Positions 27,245 through 39,845 of a stretch of 64,000 nucleotides of DNA are shown piece by piece. Made by a program: the position numbers and the translations under genes. The stretch is from Ranitomeya imitator. Its lineage: Eukaryota. Below the pieces are notes generated by a model. That model was not told the origin of the DNA, did no database searches, and saw only the letters and a program-made list of their open reading frames with translations. The first letter of the stretch is position 1. Every line of letters begins with the position of its first letter. Location: assembly GCF_032444005.1 (NCBI RefSeq), contig NC_091287.1, forward strand, positions 68,634,001 through 68,698,000. Direction: 5' to 3'.

Positions 27245-27953
27245 GCTGCATGAGAACTTTCACTGGAGAAAGTGGCCACTATACTGACTGCAATCCTGTA
27301 CTTAACACCGCAATTAGAAGTAGCCGTGGAGTGTACCTAACACACCTAGACACCTCGTCACAGCCGGAGGACTAAATACCCCTAAAGATGGAAATTAGAA
27401 TGCTATCTTGCCTCAGAGAAAATCCCCAAAGGATAGACAGCCCCCCACAAATATTGGCGGTGAGTCGGAGAGGAAAAAACATACACATGCAGAAAAACAG
27501 GATTTAGCACAGGAGACCACTCTAGCTAGATAGGACAGGATAGGACAGAGTTCTGTGCGGTCAGTATTAAAACCCTTCAAAACATCCACAGCAGAATATA
27601 CAAAAAAACTTCCTACATCTAACTAAAAGATGTAGGAGCGTAAATCTGCAACTCCAGTAAATTCTACAAACAGAGCAGGAATAAAACTGAAACAAGCACA
27701 CAGCAGTGTGCCACAGACACAAAAACAAAACACTTATCTTTGCTGAAATTGGCAGCAAGCAGGAGAAGCCAGAAAGTGATCCAACACTTCACAAGGAACA
27801 TTGACAACTGGCAAGGGCTAAAGGATCCTGCACACCTAAATATCCCAGTCAGAATTGTAATCATCCGATACACCTGGCCAGGACTGCGAGTCAGAGACAA
27901 CTGCATTCCCACCTACAACCACTGGGGGGAACCCAAGAGCAGAATTCACAACA
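27245..27953 (-). repeat. LTR2 (chimeric; U5 end and PBS deleted)
   Basis: Starts at GCTGCATGAG, lacking the first ~22 bp seen in LTR1. The left part has LTR3 alleles and the right part has LTR1 alleles. Confidence 0.93.
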
Positions 27954-27957
27954 GTAC

Positions 27958-30952
27958 CCCCCCTTGAGGAGGGGTCACCGAACCCTCACCAGGGCCCCCA
28001 GAATGATCAGGACGAGCCAGATGAAAGGCACGGACCAAATCAGCAGCATGGACATCAGAGGCAAAAGCAACCCACTAGCACGGGAACAACAAGGCTTGAC
28101 CCGTGCACAAGTCCCACAGGACTGCACAAAAGAACGCACATCACGTGACAATGAAGGCCACCAAAAGGACCTACCAACCAAATCTCTGGTACCAAAAATG
28201 CCAGGATGACCGGCCAACACGGAACAGTGAACCTCAGAAATCACTCTACTATTCCATCTGTCAGGAACAAACAATTTCCCCACAGGACAGCGGTCAGGTT
28301 TGTCAGCCTGAAATTCCTGAAGAACCCGTCGTAAATCAGGGGAAATGGCAGAAAGGACCACCCCCTCTTTCAGAATACCGACCGGCTCTAAGACCTCAGG
28401 AGAATCAGGCAAAAAACTCCTAGAGAGGGCATCAGCCTTAATATTCTTAGAACCCGGAAGGTACGAGACCACAAAATCAAAACGGGAAAAAAACAAGGAC
28501 CATCGAGCCTGTCTAGGATTCAGCCGTTTAGCAGACTCGAGGTAAATTAAATTCTTATGATCGGTCAAGACCACAATACGGTGCTTAGCTCTCTCAAGCC
28601 AATGTTGCCACTCCTCAAATGCCCACTTCATAGCCAACAACTCCCGATTGCCGACATCATAATTGCGTTCAGCAGGCAAAAACTAACGGGAAAAGAAGGC
28701 ACACGGTTTCATTAAGGAACCAACAGGATCCCTCTGAGACAAAACGGCCCCTGCCCCAATCTCAGAAGCGTCAACCTCAACCTGAAACGGAGGAGAAACA
28801 TCCGGTTGGCGCAACACTGGAGCAGAAATAAATCGACGTTTAAGCTCCTGAAAGGCAAAGACAGCCGCAGAGGACCAATTCGCCACATCAGCGCTTTTCT
28901 TCGTCAAATCGGTCAAGGGTTTAACCATGCTGGAAAAATTAGCAATGAAATGGCGATAAAAATTTGCAAAACCCAAAAATTTCTGAAGGCTCTTCACGGA
29001 TGTGGGCTGAATCCAATCATGAATGGCCTGAATCTTAACCGGATCCATCTCTATAGACGAAGGAGAAAAAATGAAGCCCAAAAAAGAGACTTTCTGCACC
29101 ACAAAGAGACACTTAGACCCTTTCACAAACAGGGCATTGTCACGAAGGATCTGAAATACCATCCTGACCTGTTGCACATGAGACTCCCAATCATTGGAAA
29201 AAATCAATATATCGTCCAAATATACAATCAAGAATTTATCAAGATAAGTCCGGACGATATCAGGCATGAAGGACTGAAAAACAGATGGAGCATTAGAGAG
29301 TCCGAATGGCATCACAAGGTATTCAAAATGGCCTTCGGGCGTGTTAAACGCAGTTTTCCATTCATCACCATGCTTAATACGAACAAGATTATATGCCCCT
29401 CGAAGGTCAATCTTGGTAAACCAACTAGCTCCCTTAATTCTAGCAAACAAATCGGAAAGCAAAGGTAAATGGTATTGAAACTTGACCATGATTTTATTCA
29501 AGAGGCGATAATCTATACAGGGTCTCAAGGAACCATCTTTTTTAGCAACAAAAAAGAACCCCGCTCCCAACGGTGAAGAAGATGGCCGAATATGCCCTTT
29601 CTCCAAAGACTCCTTAATATAGCTCCGCATGGCGGTATGTTCAGGCACAGATAGATTAAAAAGTCAACCCTTAGGAAACTTACAGCCTGGAATCAAGTCA
29701 ATAGCACAATCACAGTCCCTGTGCGGTGGAAGAAAACTGAACTTGGGCTCATCGAATACATCCTGAAAATCAGACAAAAACTCTGGAATTTCAGAAGGTG
29801 AAGAAGAGGAGATTGACATCAAAGGAACATCATTATGAACCCCCTGACAACCCCAACTAGTCACAGACATGGACTTCCAGTCCAACACAGGATTATGTAC
29901 CTGCAACCATGGAAAACCCAGCACGATAACATCATGCAAGTTATGCAACACCAGAAATCGACAATCTTCCTGATGGGCTGGCGCCATGCGCATGGTTACC
30001 TGTGTCCAAAACTGGGGTTTATTTCTAGCCAAGGGTGTAGCATCAATGCCCCTTAAAGGAATAGGGTTCTGCAAAGGCTGCAAGGGAAAACCACAACACT
30101 TGGCAAACTCAAAATCCATTAAATTCAAGACGGCGCCTGAATCCACAAACGCCATGACAGAAAATGATGACAATGAGCAGATCAAGGACACAGATAACAG
30201 AAATTTAGGTTGTACAGTACTGATGGTAATTGAACTAGCGATCCTCTTTGTCTGCTTAGGGCAGACAGAAATGACATGAGAAGCGTCGCCACAATAGTAA
30301 CACAACCTATTTTGATGTCTGAAACCTTGTCATTCCGTTCTAGACAGAATTCTATCACATTGCATAGGCTCAGAAATTTGCTCTGAGGATAACGCCACAG
30401 CGCGCACAGTTCTGCGCTCCCGCAAGCGCCGGTCAATCTGAATGGCCAGAGACATAGAATCACTCAGACCGGAAGGCGTGGGAAACCCCACCATAACATC
30501 TTTAACGGATTCAGAAAGCCCCCTTCTGAAAATTGCTGCCAAAGCATCATTATTCCATTTAGTCAACACAGACCATTTTCTGAATTTCTGACAATACAAT
30601 TCTGCCGCCTCTTGACCCTGAGACAGGGCCAACAAGGTCTTCTCAGCTTGATCCACAGAATTAGGTTCATCATATAGTAGCCCTAAAGCCTGAAAAAAGG
30701 AGTCAATATTAAGCAAAGCCAGATACCCAGATTCCAGGGAAAACGCCCAATCCTGCGGGTCACCACGCAGCAGGGAGATTACGATTTTTATCTGCTGAAT
30801 GGAATCACCAGAGGATCGAGGTCTCAGGTCAAAAAACAGTTTACAGTTGATTTTAAGACTCAAAAATTTAGACCTGTCACCAGAAAACAAATCAGGAGTA
30901 GGAATCTTCGGTTCAAAAGCAGGAGTCTGAACAATATAATCAGAAATACCTT
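27958..30952 (-). pseudogene. gag-pol unit 2, near-identical to unit 1
   Basis: Same stops and deletions, shifted by 3708 bp. About 8-9 SNPs were seen by eye. Confidence 0.95.
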
Positions 30953-31660
30953 GCTGCATGAGAACTTTCACTGGAGAAAGTGGCCACTATACTGACTGCA
31001 ATCCTGTATTAACACCGCAATTAGAAGTAGCCGTGGAGTGTACCTAACACACCTAGACACCTCGTCACAGCCGGAGGACTAAATACCCCTAAAGATGGAA
31101 ATTAGAATGCTATCTTGCCTCAGAGAAAATCCCCAAAGGATAGACAGCCCCCCACAAATATTGGCGGTGAGTCGGAGAGGAAAAAACATACACATGCAGA
31201 AAAACAGGATTTAGCACAGGAGACCACTCTAGCTAGATAGGACAGGATAGGACAGAGTTCTGTGCGGTCAGTATTAAAACCCTTCAAAACATCCACAGCA
31301 GAATATACAAAAAAACTTCCTACATCTAACTAAAAGATGTAGGAGCGTAAATCTGCAACTCCAGTAAATTCTACAAACGGAGCAGGAATAAAACTGAAAC
31401 AAGCACACAGCAGTGTGCCACAGACACAAAAACAAAACACTTATCTTTGCTGAAATTGGCAGCAAGCAGGAGAAGCCAGAAAGTGATCCAACACTTCACA
31501 AGGAACATTGACAACTGGAAAGGGCTAAAGGATCCTGCACACCTAAATATCCCAGTCAGAATTGTAATCATCCGATACACCTGGCCAGGACTGCGAGTCA
31601 GAGACAACAGCATTCCCACCTACAACCACTGGAGGGAACCCAAGAGCAGAATTCACAACA
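30953..31660 (-). repeat. LTR3 (5' LTR; U5 end and PBS deleted)
   Basis: Same truncated junction as LTR2. Ends CACAACA followed by the TSD. Confidence 0.93.
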
Positions 31661-33132
31661 CTACCCTAAAGATAGGCCATCAATGTAAAAGAGCTGGGCA
31701 AACACATTAAATAATAAAAGTATGAAGAGGGGGACAAGGCCTTTAATACTTATATGGAGTGTCCACTTCTGTTCCATCTAAACAGACTCATAAATTTGTA
31801 TGTGCAATAAATAAACTAGTTTTGCCCCTTGCAGTTTCACCTCTTCCAGTTTTGCCCCTTGCAGTGTATATAGGAAGGATGGGATAAGAGCATTTTCATT
31901 GTTAGAGAGTTATCATTACATACAAAACAATTTAACTATCAGACCTACTATAACTGAAAATGATTGACAGGGCAATAGAAGTTGAACTGCACCCAGTATT
32001 TACCAAGAGCCTTGGTCTACAACACATACGTACCTGGTTAACATACTGTTCAAACCTTTAAACCTATAGGATCCTGCTCACACCAGTAATGAATGTCAGT
32101 AGCAATTCTCTGGTATCACCATTTGCCATCAGTTTGTGTTACCATAGATCTTCTGTCTGAAAATCAATAGCCTGCTGCAAATCAGGAGGTGTCTACAGGA
32201 AGCATTTTAGATCCAAGATAACAAATGCCTTTTCTTTAACACCTCAGTAGAAATGTCAATGAGGAAAAGACCAAAAAGATTTAAAGCTTTTGAATCGGAG
32301 AAATTATATTTGTTCGAGAAGAGCTAATATTTATACCAGAATCAATTAAATTCAACTTTGTCACAAATGGTAAAATTAAGAAACTCTGAGTGTTCACGTA
32401 TATGACTTTTAATATCCCCACACTCATCAGCTGAGACGCACGGATTGAGGTCCTGGCATTTTGAATGTCGACATGTGTGAAATGGAAATCGAGTTTAGAC
32501 TAAAGCTAAACAACATATATAATGTCTGTCTTGTTTGACTTTAATAATGTATACGGTTTTTCAATAGTTTTTATACAGCTGCCAGGCACATAATAAAACA
32601 ACGTGTTCTAGAAAATACATTTATACTATTGTATGATTCAATTAAAATTCAATTGCTTTAGTTTTGTGGTAATGGATAGTATTGATTTCCAATGACTACC
32701 TTTTCTTTAGAAGAAAGAAATGGCAAAAATAAATGTTCACAGTGGGGTATATTGACTTCTTGGTAGAAAGAAGCCAACAGGAGTAAACCATGAGGATATG
32801 ATGTTTTAGGAGCACTGCGCTAGAGTTAGAAAATTCGAATTTGCTCACAAAATAATTACTGTTACAGTAAATTTAGCCTTAAAGTGAATGCATCATCTAA
32901 AGAAAAAGGGATGAACAGCTTAAATTAAATTTGTACATAAAATGTTTATTTAAAGTACATTTTTAAATCTATATATCTAGAAAAAAAAATAAAGTAAGCA
33001 GCACTAGCAAATGGTTAATCCGGTTGCCAAGCCTTCCAGGCAATCAGCAATCCTCCAAATAGTTAAAAAAATGAAGGCAGCACGCCATTTAAAGAAAAAA
33101 TAGAAAAATGATTTATTAGCCCATTGGGGCTC

Positions 33133-33171
33133 AGCGATGTTTCAGTTTATTTGAGAACCTTTTTCAAAGCT
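33133..33171 (-). other. Degenerate Penelope-type minimal hammerhead remnant
   Basis: Minus strand AGC UUUGAAAAA GGUU..AAACU GAAAC AUC GCU, next to GGCAGCACGCC, which resembles the reverse complement of the Penelope terminal GGAGTGCTG. Confidence 0.4.
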
Positions 33172-34926
33172 TGAATTGTTGGGGAGGGGTAAAATATTGC
33201 TGACAGATTTTCCTTAGAAAGTCAATTTTTGAAGTTCAGGTCTGATCAGAAGTTTGTTATCAGACTGTTGGAATATATTAAGAAGAGAAGTAGGAAATAA
33301 AGCGTGGTATGCTGGGTTGCCTTTTTCAGAAACCGTGAAAGATATGATTAATTTTCTGTATCAATATAATGTATGTGGTCTGATCCTTTCTAATAGATCT
33401 GATGAATCTGTTGAAATATTTCATGTTTTGTTTATTACACCATTAATTTATAACAGAATCACATTTTGTTTTACTGTTATTCGAGATTTACTATTTCTTA
33501 AAGTTAAAAAGTAACAGACGTGTCAATAAAGAAGAACCACAAGTAAGAACAGATACTAGAGGCAGGCACACCTACACCTACAGTTCCACCTTCACCCAAT
33601 GTTAACATTTAAACTAAATAGTTGTCTACTAAGTCTACAGAGTAGGTGTTACTCGTCATCATTATCATACTCGTATTGGATTGACAATTTACTACCATTG
33701 TGCTGCACTTGTTTCATCTCATTGGCAGCATTCAAGTTTTTCAATAGACCAATTCGAATCATAAATGGAAGTCCTATGACCCTTTTATAGATGAAAACAT
33801 GAAAGAAGAATCTAGTTACCTGGGCATCATTGGAAAACATGTATATGTGAGTATGTTTACACATTTTTGGAAATATTTATTATAAACATTGAGTAATTTT
33901 ACTTTTAGAATTGCTATATATTTCATTGTGTCTTGTTTTTATTTATTATATTTTCCAAAGAGATTTCTCCGGAATATTTGTGCTCTGATCTAGTGCAATA
34001 TTTATTAAAGTTGTCCTGTCAGCACATTTTTATATGAAGAAGTGGTGGTATGACTTTATAGATGCTTATCTCTCAATAAATATTATACTTTTTTGGTTAT
34101 ACGATGTGCTATTTATGAAAATTTAGCATAGAAGCCATATGCAAATCAGGTTTGAAGTGCACAAGGGGTGTGTCAATGCACTTTGACTGCTTCTTCCAAT
34201 GTGTCATATTCTTGGAAATGGTGCTAAGCAATGTTTTTCCCTTTCAGGCCTAGTTCACACGTAATTACGCCTGGGAAAGATTTTCTGTTCTAGAAAAACA
34301 AAAAGAGATCTAAAAATTCTGTGGTTTTCTTACTTTTAAGAAAAAAGCTTTTCTCAAACAATTATATTTGTAGAGGAATCTTTTTTTTTCTAGATTTTAA
34401 GTCAATGGTTATACAGTTCCAAAGTATACAATTGGCTCAATCCCAAGGTTAAAAGCCAAAAAAGTTAACATGCTCTTAAAAATCAATCGGTCAGAAGAGT
34501 TGTTCAGCTGGAATACAGTCAGATCCCTACATCTGAAACTGGAAAAAAATGAAATGGTTCTAGCCATACCTCAGAATATAATTAAAAGAACCACATAAAC
34601 ATAGTTAACCATTTGGAGATCAGATTTTTTTTTTTCATTTTTGCATTTTCATTTTTCCCTTGCCTCTTTTCCGAGTCTTAACTTTTTTTTATTTTTCCAT
34701 CAACATTGAAGTAGAAAGGCTTGTATTTTGCTGTAGTTTTGAATGACGGTATTCATTTTAACATACAGTACAATGTACGAAAAAAACTACTCCAAGTGGA
34801 ATGAAATAGTGAAACAATATACTTCTGCCATTGTTTTTTGGGTTTTGTTTTCATTGTGTGGTAGAAAATAACCTGGAAACATGGTTATCCAGATCAGATT
34901 ACAGCATTATCAAACTTACATTAAAA

Positions 34927-35575
34927 CCTTCCTCTAGTGTTAGGGCCGTGACCGACCCGTTTTAGGTTTTAAATGCATACAAATTCTACATACATTTGTT
35001 TATTTCATCAAGACTTTTTGACTTTTTCAGGAACTTATTGTTAAACAAAATACAATAAAATAAAACTATTTTACTAAATTGTAAAATGCTCTTATTAAAA
35101 TTATAACATTTGTGTTGTTGGGGTCAATTTCGACCCAGGTCTAATATAAGAGTAAAAAAACAATAATAAGTCCCAAAACTGAACTCATAAACACAATATA
35201 AACCAACAGCCCACAGCCAGCTCTACCTCCAACAACTTGAGTTAGGGACAAGTCCAGGCATGTATGGCCAAATCAGCTTAGAGTTGGTACTTTGCAGAGT
35301 ATAGTTTATATTATTCTCTTGAGGTTCATTTGACAATATTTTTATATTGAAAATGATGGGTATGCGCTCAAATGAAAGGCCCAGGGGGCCACAACAAAAA
35401 TATTAAAATCAATCCTTCCATGGATGAGAAACCCTAACAAGGTAACTAAGAGGTAAGAAACAAATTGGATCATAAATAACTGTTTTTAGGGTATCCTAGG
35501 GGTGATTTAAGGCACGGATCAAAACCGACCCGTTAACATAAGAAAGAGTAACAGAAAGCTAACACTAGAGGAAGG
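34927..35575. mobile_element. piggyBac-type MITE (649 bp)
   Basis: 17-bp TIR CCTTCCTCTAGTGTTAG / CTAACACTAGAGGAAGG. TTAA on the right and TTAAAA on the left. Repeated CCGACCCGTT subterminal motif. Confidence 0.65.
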
Positions 35576-36219
35576 TTAAGTCTATTTCTACTTACTAAAT
35601 AAAAAACTCAGAATTAAAAAGAAAATGTTTGGGCTTTGTATTGTCCTTTTACAGGGCCTATAACATTTTTACTTTACTACTGATGGAGCTGATTGAGGGC
35701 TTATTTTATGTGTGGTAGGTAGCCAATGTTTTGATACCAATTTGAGATGCACACAATGTTGTATTTTCACACAATTTTATTTTTTCATTCTCTTTACGGT
35801 GTTTATCATATGGGATAATTAAATTAATATTTTGTCAGTCCAGGCTTTTTGGATGCATCAATACCTAGTATATTTTTGTTGTCAATTTGCTTTCCCTTTC
35901 TTTATTTTTAACAAAGGAAAAGGTGAGGGGATTTGAATCTTCATATTTTTTAAATGTATCTATATTTTTTAAAACCTTTTATTCTTTTTAATTTTTACAA
36001 TATTTGTCAGTGCCCTTAGGGGACTTGATCCTGCAGTCATTTGATGACTTCCGCTATATATTGGCATCTATAAGAAACATCATAGCCTCCTTTATGACTT
36101 ACATTCACAAATGTACCAAGGTGACAGTTATGGGGCCCTCTACCAGCCCCAATCTGCCATGGTTAGCCAGCAATGCTCGCGATTCATCACATTGGACCAC
36201 TGACAACCACAATACCACT

Positions 36220-38213
36220 ATTCAGAAGTGAAGGACAGCATCCAATCCGGGTGAAAAAGAAATAAACACTTTATTGTGCCTTAAATGCGACGTTTCAACC
36301 CCATTGGGGTCTTTATCAAGCATGTATAACATTCAAAATGACGGCCTTATAAAGGAAGTGGATCACCACCACCTGAAGGATCCGCCTACAAAATTTACAT
36401 ACATAATAACTGGTGATCGTATTAACAATAAAAAACATATACAAAGTGAAACATACATAATTAAAATCTCATTGCATTCATAACACATGATCACATTGTT
36501 GGCAATATTGTTCGAGCACATACTAATATACACATGTCAATGGTGAAAGGTAAATAAACAAAACTCGCAAGTCACTCGACGGCCTATCAGAGGACACATG
36601 GGGGCTATTGTGAGCGTGAGCTGCCTATCACTATACCCATAACACATCAATACTTAATTAGCCAATCCATGCCTCTGGTGAAAATCCAATCCAGGGCCCT
36701 AACCCATATCGAGCCCAAGCTTCGGAGCCAATCCAAGCTCCATAAACGCTTACATAGTAACACCCTCCAGGCTGACTACCGTAGTGCTACATAATCGTAC
36801 ACAATCGTATATAGTGACATAGGTGATAGTATTACAAGCTCCCATTACTCACCCCCGGGTATATCCAATTAACTTGCGCAAATCTGCCGGCCACACGGCA
36901 GCGCCAGACATGTAAACACATGTAGCTACGCCGACAGCTGCCGAGAGGCACGCCCATCCAGACCGGTACATGCCCCATGTATTCGAATCACCGCAGGCTC
37001 TGCATCAGCATCCGCCCTTACTCAGGTCACATGACCGACCAGCGCATCACCTCACCATACTCACATAAGTCCAGGACCGAGTACGCATGACCGTCGGCCC
37101 ACCAGCGGCCCATGTAAACATAGCGCCGCTAGAAGGCCGACAGACACGCCCCCCGGACCCCATAGCGCCGCTAGAGAAGGCCGAAAAACACGCCCCCCGG
37201 ACCCCACAGCCATGCTAATGTGCTAATGTTCCATCTGTGCCCTAGCTCTCACTAAAGGGCAAATGCCACTAGCTATGTGAAAATACAAAAGAAGGAGATG
37301 TGCAAATATTACGCTCCCCAGCTCAAGGTTATAAAAGGAGGTCCCCATAATCACCCCTCAATCAATAAATGGGGCCATAAGTAGCTAAACTTAGCTCAGA
37401 CCCATCCTACTTGACAAACTATAATATAGGGAAGCATAAAGATGAATCATTTTGAATAACATTACGCCATATCCATGGCTATATATCCATCAAGAAAACA
37501 AAACATCATGTCCGACAGACAGAAGAAAGATCAGCCCATCAACCAAATGTCAATTCACATTCTAGAAAAAATGCAATAAGTAATATAACCATCACCACAT
37601 TAAAAACAATCTAAACGGATGTGAGCCACACAGGACCATATATGGATATATCAAGAAACACATACTGAGAGATTGTAGTCAACATTTAACCCCCCAGGCT
37701 GTCGAGAACCCAACCTCGATATCCATCTGAGTTCTTTCTTTTTTAATAGTTTGACCCTGTCCCCACCCCTACGTAGAGGAGGCACGCCATCTATCACCCT
37801 AAATCGTAACTGACTGATCGAATGCCCACTATCAATGAAATGTTTAGGTATTGGTAATTCCAACATTTTGGTCCTGATAGTACTCTTATGTTTACTAATG
37901 CGGGCCTTGATTTCCATTGTGGTCTCACCCACATACGCAAGTCCACAAGGACAAACAATAAGATAAATAACAAAACTTGAGGTACACGTGTACCTCCCCC
38001 TGATGGAGTATCTCTCACCTGTGTGAGGATGATTAAAAAAATCACCCTTGATTATATTCCCACAACACGCGCATCCCAAACAGGGAAAATTACCAAATTT
38101 AGGGGGACCCAATGTCCTCTGTACCTTGGTCACTATAGGGCCAACATCGGATTTGACCAATTTGTCCTTAAGGTTGCGTCCTCTTTTGTAGGATAAAATC
38201 GGTGGAAGGGCAA
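36220..38213 (-). repeat. Inverted, 5'-truncated copy of the Penelope 3' end (includes the GIY-YIG coding part)
   Basis: Coordinates sum to a constant 80663 with 42450-44443, and the ORF 37651..38271 C-terminus equals the 43012 C-terminus. Confidence 0.95.
36285..36323 (-). ncRNA. Minimal hammerhead motif, copy in the inverted arm
   Basis: Reverse complement of 39610-39648. Confidence 0.6.
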
Positions 38214-38302
38214 TACCCCTGGATATTGGATATACCCGGGGGTGAGTAATGGGAGCTTGTAATACTATCACCTATGTCACTATATACGATTGTGTACGAT
38301 TA

Positions 38303-39805
38303 TGTGGCTCACATCCGTTTAGATTGTTTTTAATGTGGTGATGGTTATATTACTTATTGCATTTTTTCTAGAATGTGAATTGACATTTGGTTGATGGGCT
38401 GATCTTTCTTCTGTCTGTCGGACATGATGTTTTGTTTTCTTGATGGATATATAGCCATGGATATGGCGTAATATTATTCAAAATGATTCATCTTTATGCT
38501 TCCCTATATTATAGTTTGTCAAGTAGGATGGGTCTGAGCTAAGTTTAGCTACTTATGGCCCCATTTATTGATTGAGGGGTGATTATGGGGACCTCCTTTT
38601 ATAACCTTGAGCTGGGGAGCGTAATATTTGCACATCTCCTTCTTTTGTATTTTCACATAGCTAGTGGCATTTGCCCTTTAGTGAGAGCTAGGGCACAGAT
38701 GGAACATTAGCACATTAGCGTGGCTGTGGGGTCCGGGGGGCGTGTTTTTCGGCCTTCTCTAGCGGCGCTATGGGGTCCGGGGGGCGTGTCTGTCGGCCTT
38801 CTAGCGGCGCTATGTTTACATGGGCCGCTGGTGGGCCGACGGTCATGCGTACTCGGTCCTGGACTTACGTGAGTATGGTGAGGTGACGCGCTGGTCGGTC
38901 ATGTGACCTGAGTAAGGGCGGATGCTGATGCAGAGCCTGCGGTGATTCGAATACATGGGGCGTGTACCGGTCTGGATGGACGTGCCTCTCGGCAGCTGTC
39001 GGCGTAGCTACATGTGTTTACATGTCTGGCGCTGCCGTGTGGCCGGCAGATTTGCGCAAGTTAATTGGATATACCCGGGGGTGAGTAATGGGAGCTTGTA
39101 ATACTATCACCTATGTCACTATATACGATTGTGTACGATTATGTAGCACTACGGTAGTCAGCCTGGAGGGTGTTACTATGTAAGCGTTTATGGAGCTTGG
39201 ATTGGCTCCGAAGCTTGGGCTCGATATGGGTTAGGGCCCTGGATTGGATTTTCACCAGAGGCATGGATTGGCTAATTAAGTATTGATGTGTTATGGGTAT
39301 AGTGATAGGCAGCTCACGCTCACAATAGCCCCCATGTGTCCTCTGATAGGCCGTCGAGTGACTTGCGAGTTTTGTTTATTTACCTTTCACCATTGACATG
39401 TGTATATTAGTATGTGCTCGAACAATATTGCCAACAATGTGATCATGTGTTATGAATGCAATGAGATTTTAATTATGTATGTTTCACTTTGTATATGTTT
39501 TTTATTGTTAATACGATCACCAGTTATTATGTATGTAAATTTTGTAGGCGGATCCTTCAGGTGGTGGTGATCCACTTCCTTTATAAGGCCGTCATTTTGA
39601 ATGTTATACATGCTTGATAAAGACCCCAATGGGGTTGAAACGTCGCATTTAAGGCACAATAAAGTGTTTATTTCTTTTTCACCCGGATTGGATGCTGTCC
39701 TTCACTTCTGAATATTGGTATGTACTCCTCCACTTGGATCCTGTGGAGTTAGGACGAGCACCACTATATACCACGGAGTGCTGTCTGCCGCTATTTTGTT
39801 GTTTG
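38303..39805 (+). repeat. Penelope pseudo-LTR, upstream copy (~1.5 kb)
   Basis: Direct repeat of 43033-44535 at offset 4730. Confidence 0.95.
39610..39648 (+). ncRNA. Minimal type I hammerhead ribozyme motif (U3-A8 variant)
   Basis: AUGC UUGAUAA A GACCCC AAU GGGGUU GAAAC GUC GCAU: stem I AUGC/GCAU, 6-bp stem II, palindromic ACGU stem III, GUC triplet. Confidence 0.65.
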
Positions 39806-39845
39806 GACTGTGCTGGGATCCCTGGCTGACGTGCACCTGGTAATT

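Larger units (their letters stand above)
23514..31660 (-). mobile_element. Ty3/Gypsy (chromovirus/sushi-like) retrotransposon, tandem LTR-int-LTR-int-LTR, defective
   Basis: Three LTRs, a 3708-bp period between the internal units, outer TG..CA ends, TSD CTACCC (23508-23513 / 31661-31666), and PPT AAGGGGGGGTAC before LTR1 and LTR2 on the minus strand. Confidence 0.97.
23132..31706. mobile_element. T2/Kolobok-type MITE split by the Gypsy insertion (pieces ~23132-23513 and ~31667-31706)
   Basis: TTAA|AGGGGTT at the left end, a degenerate right end followed by TTAA at 31707-31710, and an internal GGATAGGTCATC / GATGACCTACCC inverted motif. Confidence 0.5.

Noticed and set aside
33640-33846. Possible exon with a hydrophobic stretch and a GTGAGT donor
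   Set aside because: All three frames contain stops and there is no recognisable homology.
37651-38271. Stand-alone 206-aa GIY-YIG ORF
   Set aside because: It is the inverted copy of the Penelope C-terminus; its start comes by chance from junction filler sequence.
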